A DNA stretch of 64,000 nucleotides from Eledone cirrhosa (taxonomy: Eukaryota). Below the pieces are notes generated by a model, which worked only from the letters and a program-made list of their open reading frames with translations, was not told the origin of the DNA and did no database searches. Of the stretch, positions 55,660 through 64,000 are shown in pieces (the stretch's first letter is position 1; every line of letters starts with the position of its first letter). The translations under genes and the position numbers were made by a program. The stretch is from positions 19,530,001 through 19,594,000 of the forward strand of contig OZ024766.1 of NCBI GenBank assembly GCA_964016885.1, read 5' to 3'.

Positions 55660-58600
55660 TATATACATATGTGTGGGTGTGTATATGTGTGTATATATAT
55701 GTGTGTCTGTATGTATATATATATGTGTGTGGGTGTGTATATGTGTGTATATATATGTGTGTCTGTATGTATATATATATATGTGTGGGTGTGTATATGT
55801 GTGTATATATATGTGTGTCTGTATGTATATATATATGTGTGTGGGTGTGTATATATATGTGTGTCTGTATGTATATATATATATATGTGTGGGTGTGTAT
55901 ATGTGTATATATATATGTGTGTGTCTGTATGTATATATATATATGTGTGGGTGTGTATATGTGTGTATATATATGTGTGTCTGTATGTATATATATATGT
56001 GTGAGGGTGTGTATATGTGTGTATATATATGTGTGTCTGTATGTATATATATATGTGTGGGTGTGTATATGTGTGTATATATATGTGTGTCTGTATGTAT
56101 ATATATATGTGTGTGGGTGTGTATATATATGTGTGTCTGTATGTATATATATATATATGTGTGGGTGTGTATATGTGTGTATATATATGTGTGTCTGTAT
56201 GTATATATATATGTGTGTGGGTGTGTATATGTGTGTATATATATGTGTGTCTGTATGTATATATATATATGTGTGGGTGTGTATATGTGTGTATATATAT
56301 GTGTGTCTGTATGTATATATATATGTGTGTGGGTGTGTATATGTGTGTATATATATGTGTCTGTATGTATATATATATATGTGTGGGTGTGTATATGTGT
56401 GTCTGTATGTATATATATATATATGTGTGGGTGTGTATATGTGTGTATATATATGTGTGTCTGTATGTATATATATATGTGTGTGGGTGTGTATATGTGT
56501 GTATATATATGTGTGTCTGTATGTATATATATATGTGTGTGGGTGTGTATATGTGTGTATATATATGTGTGTCTGTATGTATATATATATATGTGTGTGT
56601 GGGTGTGTATATATATGTGTGTCTGTATGTATATTTATATATATATGTGTGGGTGTGTATATGTGTGTCTGTATGTATATATATATGTGTGTATATGTGT
56701 GTATATATATGTGTGTCTACGTATATATATATGTGTGTGGGTGTGTATATGTGTGTATATATATGTGTGTCTGTATGTATATATATATGTGTGTGGGTGT
56801 GTATATGTGTGTCTGTATGTATATATATATGTGTGTGGGTGTGTATATATATGTGTGTCTGTATGTATATATATATGTGTGTGGGTGTGTATATGTGTGT
56901 ATATATATGTGTGTCTGTACGTATATATATATATATGTGTGGGTGTGTATATATATGTGTATCTGTATGTATATATATATATATGTGTGTGGGTGTGTAT
57001 ATGTGTGTATATATATGTGTGTCTGTATGTATATATATATATATGTGTGTGGGTGTGTATGTGTGTATATATATGTGTGTGTCTGTATGTATATATATAT
57101 GTGTGTGGGTGTGTATATGTGTGTATATATATGTGTGTCTGTATGTATATATATATGTGTGTGGGTGTGTATATGTGTGTATATATATGTGTGTCTGTAT
57201 GTATATATATATATGTGTGTGTGGGTGTGTATATGTGTGTATATATATGTTTTTCTGTATGTATATATATATGTGTGTGGGTGTGTATATCTGTGTATAT
57301 ATATGTGTATCTGTATGTATATATATATATGTGTGTGGGTGTGTATATGTGTGTATATATATATGTGTGTCTGTATGTATATATATATATATGTGTGGGT
57401 GTGTATATGTGTGTCTGTATGTATATATATATGTGTGTGGGTGTGTATATATATGTGTGTCTGTATGTGTATATATATATATATGTGTGTGGGTGTGTAT
57501 ATGTGTGTATATATATGTGTGTCTGTATGTATATATATATATATGTGTGTGGGTGTGTATGTGTGTATATATATGTGTGTGTCTGTATGTATATATATAT
57601 GTGTGTGGGTGTGTATATGTGTGTATATATATGTGTGTCTGTATGTATATATATATGTGTGTGGGTGTGTATATGTGTGTATATATATGTGTGTCTGTAT
57701 GTATATATATATATGTGGGTGTGTATATGTGTGTATATATATGTGTGTCTGTATGTATATATATATGTGTGTGGGTGTGTATATGTGTGTATATATATGT
57801 GTGTCTGTATGTATATATATATATATGTGTGTGGGTGTGTATATGTGTGTATATATATGTGTGTCTGTATGTATATATATATATGTGTGTGTGGGTGTGT
57901 ATATATATGTGTGTCTGTATGTATATATATATATATGTGTGGGTGTGTATATGTGTGTCTGTATGTATATATATATGTGTGTATATGTGTGTATATATAT
58001 GTGTGTCTACGTATATATATATGTGTGTGGGTGTGTATATGTGTGTATATATATGTGTGTCTGTATGTATATATATATGTGTGTGGGTGTGTATATGTGT
58101 GTCTGTATGTATATATATATGTGTGTGGGTGTGTATATCTGTGTATATATATGTGTATCTGTATGTATATATATATATGTGTGTGGGTGTGTATATGTGT
58201 GTATATATATGTGTGTCTGTATGTATATATATATATATGTGTGGGTGTGTATATGTGTGTATATATATGTGTGTCTGTATGTATATATATATGTGTGTGG
58301 GTGTGTATATGTGTGTATATATATGTGTGTCTGTATGTATATATATATGTGTGTGGGTGTGTATATGTGTGTATATATATGTGTGTCTGTATGTATATAT
58401 ATATATGTGTGTGGGTGTGTATATGTGTGTATATATATGTGTGTCTGTATGTATATATATATATGTGTGGGTGTGTATATGTGTGTATATATATGTGTGT
58501 CTGTATGTATATATATATGTGTGTGGGTGTGTATATGTGTGTATATATATGTGTGTCTATGTATATATATATGTGTGTGGGTGTGTATATGTGTGTCTGT

Positions 58601-60030
58601 ATGTATATATATATGTGTGTGGGTGTGTATATGTGTGTCTGTATGTATATATATATGTGTGTGGGTGTGTATATGTGTGTCTGTATGTATATATATATGT
58701 GTGTGGGTGTGTATATGTGTGTATATATATGTGTGTCTGTATGTATATATATATATGTGTGTGTGGGTGTGTATATGTGTGTCTGTATGTATATATATAT
58801 GTGTGTGGGTGTGTATATCTGTGTATATATATGTGTATCTGTATGTATATATATATATGTGTGTGGGTGTGTATATGTGTGTATATATATGTGTGTCTGT
58901 ATGTATATATATATATATGTGTGGGTGTGTATATGTGTGTATATATATGTGTGTCTGTATGTATATATATATGTGTGTGGGTGTGTATATATATGTGTGT
59001 CTGTATGTGTATATATATATATATGTGTGTGGGTGTGTATATGTGTGTATATATATGTGTGTCTGTATGTATATATATATGTGTGTGGGTGTGTATATGT
59101 ATGTATATATATGTGTGTCTGTATATATATATATGTGTGGGTGTGTATATGTGTGTCTGTATGTATATATATATGTGTGTGGGTGTGTATATGTGTGTAT
59201 ATATATGTGTGTCTGTATGTATATATATATATGTGTGGGTGTGTATATGTGTGTATATATATGTGTGTCTGTATGTATATATATATATGTGTGGGTGTGT
59301 ATATGTGTGTATATATATGTGTGTCTGTATGTATATATATATGTGTGTGGGTGTGTATATGTGTGTATATATATGTGTGTCTGTATGTATATATATATGT
59401 GTGTGGGTGTGTATATGTGTGTATATATATGTGTATCTGTATGTATATATATATATGTGTGTGGGTGTGTATATGTGTGTATATATATGTGTGTCTGTAT
59501 GTATATATATATATATGTGTGGGTGTGTATATGTGTGTATATATATGTGTGTCTGTATGTATATATATATGTGTGTGGGTGTGTATATATATGTGTGTCT
59601 GTATGTGTATATATATATATATGTGTGTGGGTGTGTATATGTGTGTATATATATGTGTGTCTGTATGTATATATATATGTGTGTGGGTGTGTATATGTAT
59701 GTATATATATGTGTGTCTGTATATATATATATGTGTGGGTGTGTATATGTGTGTCTGTATGTATATATATATGTGTGTGGGTGTGTATATGTGTGTATAT
59801 ATATGTGTGCCTGTATGTATATATATATATGTGTGGGTGTGTATATGTGTGTATATATATGTGTGTCTGTATGTATATATATATGTGTGTGGGTGTGTAT
59901 ATGTGTGTATATATATGTGTGTCTGTATGTATATATATATATGTGTGTGGGTGTGTATATGTGTGTATATATATGTGTGTCTGTATGTATATATATATAT
60001 GTGTGTTTGTATATATATATATGTGTTTGT
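55660..60030. repeat. ~4.4-kb compound (GT/AT) minisatellite, unit about 50 bp (gtgtgggtgtgtatatgtgtgtatatatatgtgtgtctgtatgtatatatatat)
   Basis: Direct reading. Confidence 0.97.
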
Positions 60031-60289
60031 GTCATCATCATCGTTTAGATGTTTTTGTAATATCTTGCCAAAGTTGGCACCAACTTTCTGTCCCCCAAAG
60101 AAATTAAGGCCGGGTCATAAGAAGGACAGAGAATGATAAAGGATTTGGGTCAGAGGGGCAGCTTGGGGTCAGAAAGGCATATAGGCGGAAAGTTGATGCC
60201 AACTTTGGCAAGATATTACAAAAACATCTAAACGATGATGATGACACAAACACATATATATATATACAAACACACATATATATATATAT
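59987..60289. repeat. Inverted repeat, ~104-bp arms, 95-nt spacer
   Basis: 59987-60090 vs 60186-60289, about 2 mismatches; arms contain a (CAT)n retroelement-type tail. Confidence 0.92.
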
Positions 60290-60451
60290 CCCAGGTCCGA
60301 ACAGCAAGTACAGTCTCGCAGTGAATGGTAAGTGTTAGAGTAAGAATTATTTTATTTCTGGTTGTATAAATAACATTACAAATATCAAATAGATAAAAAA
60401 ATATATACGTACACACACACACAAATGTATATATATATATATATATTTTCG

Positions 60452-60888
60452 ACAGGTTGTGAGTTCAATTCCCAGACCGGGTGATGTGTTGTTTCCTTGA
60501 GCAAGACACTTTATTTCACGTTGCTCAAGTTTATTCAGCTGTAGAAATGAGATGATATGGACTGGGGTCCATATAATTCCACTGTAAAGTGGTCGTGGAG
60601 GTGCCACGGCAAAAAAGCACCCAGCACTCACTGTAAAGTGGTCGTGGAGGTGCCACGGCAAAAAAGCACCCAGCACTCACTGTAAAGTGGTCGTGGGGGT
60701 GCCACGGCAAAAAAGCACCCAGCCCTCACTGTAAAGTGGTCGTGGAGGGGCCACAGCAGAAAAGTACCCAGCACTCACTGTAAATGAGGTTGGTGTTAGG
60801 AAGGGCATCCAGCTGTAGAAATCAAGTCAGAATCAGTTCCCATCCCACCCTTGCAAGCAGGGGAAAGCGGACGTAAAATGATGATGAT
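60452..60888 (+). mobile_element. SINE (B box, CORE/Meta-like domain, internal 49-bp x4 repeat, RTE 3' tail)
   Basis: gagttcaattcc; ccttgagcaagacacttta; 49-bp repeats at about 60580-60780; ends gcggacgtaaaatgatgatgat. Confidence 0.88.
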
Positions 60889-63201
60889 CATATATACACA
60901 CCAGGTCCATAAAAGATTTAGAGAAAGTGAATATCTCAAGAATTATTTTATTCCTAAATAACATTACAAATTATAATTAGATCAAAGCTCAGTACTTAGC
61001 CCCCTCCTATTTATTATTGCCCTTCAGGCTAAAACAGAGGAGTTTAAGACTGGCTGCCCATGGGAACTTCTATACACAGATTATCTAACAGCTGAACTAG
61101 ATAAGAAATTCCAAACATGGAAGCATGGCCTAGAATCAAATGGCCTTAAAGTTAACTTGTCTAAGACTAAAGTTCTAGTATGTAGGAAGGAAAATAGGGC
61201 ACAGGTGCTCTCTGGGAAATGGCCATGTCCAGTGTATAGGAAAGGAGTAGGTAGAAATTCCATTTTATGTCCCAAATACAAACTATGGGTACATAACAGA
61301 CATACTGGGAACACAGGCCAGCTATCTAAGAACGTAGGTTTTATATGTGGGTGATGCTCAGGTGCAATAAGTAGCAAGTTCCAGACGTTGGACCTTCAAT
61401 GTATCCATACCCAGGAAGGCAAGGCATTCAGAGTATGGTAGATGGTTGATGGAGGGTATTCACTTGGTTGCACGTCTCTAAACAATTTCCAGGAGGTGAA
61501 TGTTCTGAGCAAGATAGGGGTTCCAGACTGGTGATGCAAATTCTAAGTGTGGCCGCACCATAGCTATTTACAGCTTTAAATAGATAGATAAATGCATGGT
61601 CGTACACTTGTACACAGCCAGCTTGAGTTGCCAGTTCGTGGTCCATTGCTGCATTGTGTCCAGATCTATAGTGTTCAGGATCTGTCCTTTTTATCTCAAG
61701 GGACAGCTTGATGTCATCTGCATATTTCAGTACTGTGACACTCTTTAAGTTGCCATCTATGTCATTAATAGATGTGTAACGGAATTCTCCTATAAATTAC
61801 CTGGCAAAGATTTGAAACCGAATCTAAAAGTTATCGTATCTGGGACCACCTATCGTTGCGAGTTTCTCACCATTGTCCTGTCAAGAGACAACAATGATGA
61901 ACATACATGCCACTTGACCTGTGACCCCAGCTTCAAGATAGCTGAAACTCACATGGCTACTCATAAATCAACCCCGTATACACATCCTTCTAGCTATAGG
62001 GTTATTATAAATACAAGTACAAAGGGAATCCAGCAGCCAGACCACAAAGCAGTAGTGCTTGAGGGAGTAATGATGTGAAACATTCACATTCTACAGACCT
62101 CTTGGGGTCTACAGACTTCTACTGACCTTTTACTCTATCCCTCTCTCCTGGCCTTACTGGCTCTCACCTTCTTGGCCACAGACTACGCCACCAAACAAGT
62201 GAGACCGAAGCACCAGTCCTTGAGAGGAATAACAAATACTAAGGATACACACACACTCAGTAGGTTTCATTATACTGTTTACTTCTGTGTTTTATCTATT
62301 CTTTTGTCTTCCTGTTGAATCACTTCTCGTGTATCGTTGTATTGATACATACATACACGCTAGCTCGAAGTAGCTAGTCAGCAAATTGATGTAGTGATAA
62401 TTCCTGTCACAAATATATTACTTGATATTCAATGTAGCAACAAGTTAATATTGTTATTGTAAAATAAACATTGTCAACATCACAATTCTTGCATTATTCT
62501 TTTTATCATTCATACACAAAAGAATAAATTTATCCACTACATATGCAACAAACAAAAGGGGACACATATTTCTACACACATACATTCACATATATATAGC
62601 GTATGTAAATTCTGAACACTACAGATTTGTCAGCACAAGTCTTGGTTACAACTTCAACAAATAAAATGAAAGGAGAAGAATTTCTTAGTAAAACAGTTTT
62701 ATTCAAAATATTAACATTGGTGGCACTATTTTGGGTGAGTGATATGGTTTTTATCTTGTCAGATTGTGTTGCATTAAGTAATCTTTACAAGAGAATAATT
62801 TACCACAGACATCACAGTGATATGGTTCCTCTCCTGTATTAGTTAGTGTCTAGTAAAGCCACAACATTTAGACAATGATTTACCACAGACATCACAGTGA
62901 TATAGTTCCTCTCCTGTAAATGTTAGTGCCGAATGAAGTGAGTTATTTCAGAGAATGATTTCCCACAGATATCACAGTGATATGGTTTCTGTCCTGTATG
63001 TATGTGTTTGTGTCTAATTGAACAAGCTATCATGGATAACAATTTACCACAAATATTACAGTGATATGGCTTTTCTCCAGTATATATATGTTTGCATGAA
63101 GTTAATGCAACAATGAACGAGAATAGCACAGTGGCATGGCTTCTCATATGAATGTATTTGTGTTTAATTCACCATTTTCAGACAATGAGATATTTTTTTG
63201 G

Positions 63202-64000
63202 TTATGGGTTCTCAGCCATATGGGTATATTTGTGTCTAGTTAAACTACTTGATACAGAGAATGATTTACCACAGATATCGCAGTCGTATTGCTTGTCTCC
63301 TATATGGGTATGTAAGTGTTTAGTTAAGTTACTACTATCGGAGAATGATTTACCACAGATATCACAGTGGTATGGCTTGTCTCCTGTATGGGTACGTAAG
63401 TGTTTAGTTAAGGTACTACTATCAGAGAATGATTTACCACAGATATCACAGTGGTATGGCCTGTCTCCTGTATGTATACGTTTGTGTCTAGTTAAGTTAC
63501 TACTTATATAGAATGATTTACCACAGATATCACAGTGGTATGGCTTGTCTCCAGTATGGGTACGTTCGTGTTTAGTTAAGGTACCACCTTCAGAGAATGA
63601 TTTACCACAGATATCACAGTGGTATGGCTTGTCTCCTGTATGGGTACGTAAGTGTTTAGTTAAGTAACTACTTGCAGAGAATGATTGACCACAGATATCA
63701 CAGTGGTATGTCGTGTCTCCTGTATGTATAAGTTTGTGTTTAGTTAAGGTACTACTATCAGAGAATGATCTACCACAGATATCACAGTGGTATGGCTTGT
63801 CTCCTGTATGTATACGTTTGTGTCTAGTTAAGCTAGCACTTCCAGAGAATGATTTACCACAGATATCACAGTGATATGGCTTGTCTCCTGTATGTGTACG
63901 TTTGTGGCAAGTTAAGTTACTACTATCAGAGAATGATCTACCACAGATATCACAGTGGTATGGCTTGTCTCCTGTATGTGTACGTTTGTGTCTAGTTAAG
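63202..64000 (-). CDS. C2H2 zinc-finger protein H, partial (C-terminal 9 complete fingers plus part of another; start beyond window)
   Basis: Manually translated stop-free frame ending [10 protein letters not shown]; missing from the ORF track because its start lies outside the window. Confidence 0.9.
   Translation of the reverse strand, partial: LTRHKRTHTGDKPYHCDICGRSFSDSSNLTCHKRTHTGDKPYHCDICGKSFSGSASLTRHKRIHTGDKPYHCDICGRSFSDSSTLTKHKLIHTGDTTYHCDICGQSFSASSYLTKHLRTHTGDKPYHCDICGKSFSEGGTLTKHERTHTGDKPYHCDICGKSFYISSNLTRHKRIHTGDRPYHCDICGKSFSDSSTLTKHLRTHTGDKPYHCDICGKSFSDSSNLTKHLHTHIGDKQYDCDICGKSFSVSSSLTRHKYTHMAENP

Noticed and set aside
55617-60136. ORFs of up to ~1500 aa rich in Y/I/C/V/M
   Set aside because: Translations of the GT/AT satellite, open in several frames

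Overview
Eukaryotic, AT- and microsatellite-rich DNA; the SINE types, LINE fragments and zinc-finger style point to an octopus or other coleoid cephalopod (inference). The whole window is a head-to-tail tandem array of one duplicated unit of about 6-11 kb, with a landmark recurring at 43, 9301, 18197, 24999, 31905, 38914, 44763 and 53240. Each unit carries a minus-strand C2H2 zinc-finger gene whose CDS lies in one exon: a 32-aa leader with no KRAB/SCAN/BTB domain, then 10-24 tandem 84-bp fingers. Seven CDSs are complete (called A-G here; B has a nonsense codon in its last finger) and an eighth (H) runs off the right end. Shared unit parts are an 80-bp non-coding minisatellite made of dead fingers downstream of the stop, a candidate solo LTR, CR1 and RTE LINE fossils, a 20-bp minisatellite, a G-rich repeat and (TA)n tracts. 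The (TA)n tracts carry unit-specific events: an RTE with a 5' inversion, RTE-tailed SINEs, giant expansions and two different long inverted repeats at the same homologous site. The strongest signal is that unequal crossover inside the finger arrays both duplicates units and creates chimeric genes (C = head of B + tail of D), which would act as a combinatorial generator of DNA-binding specificities.
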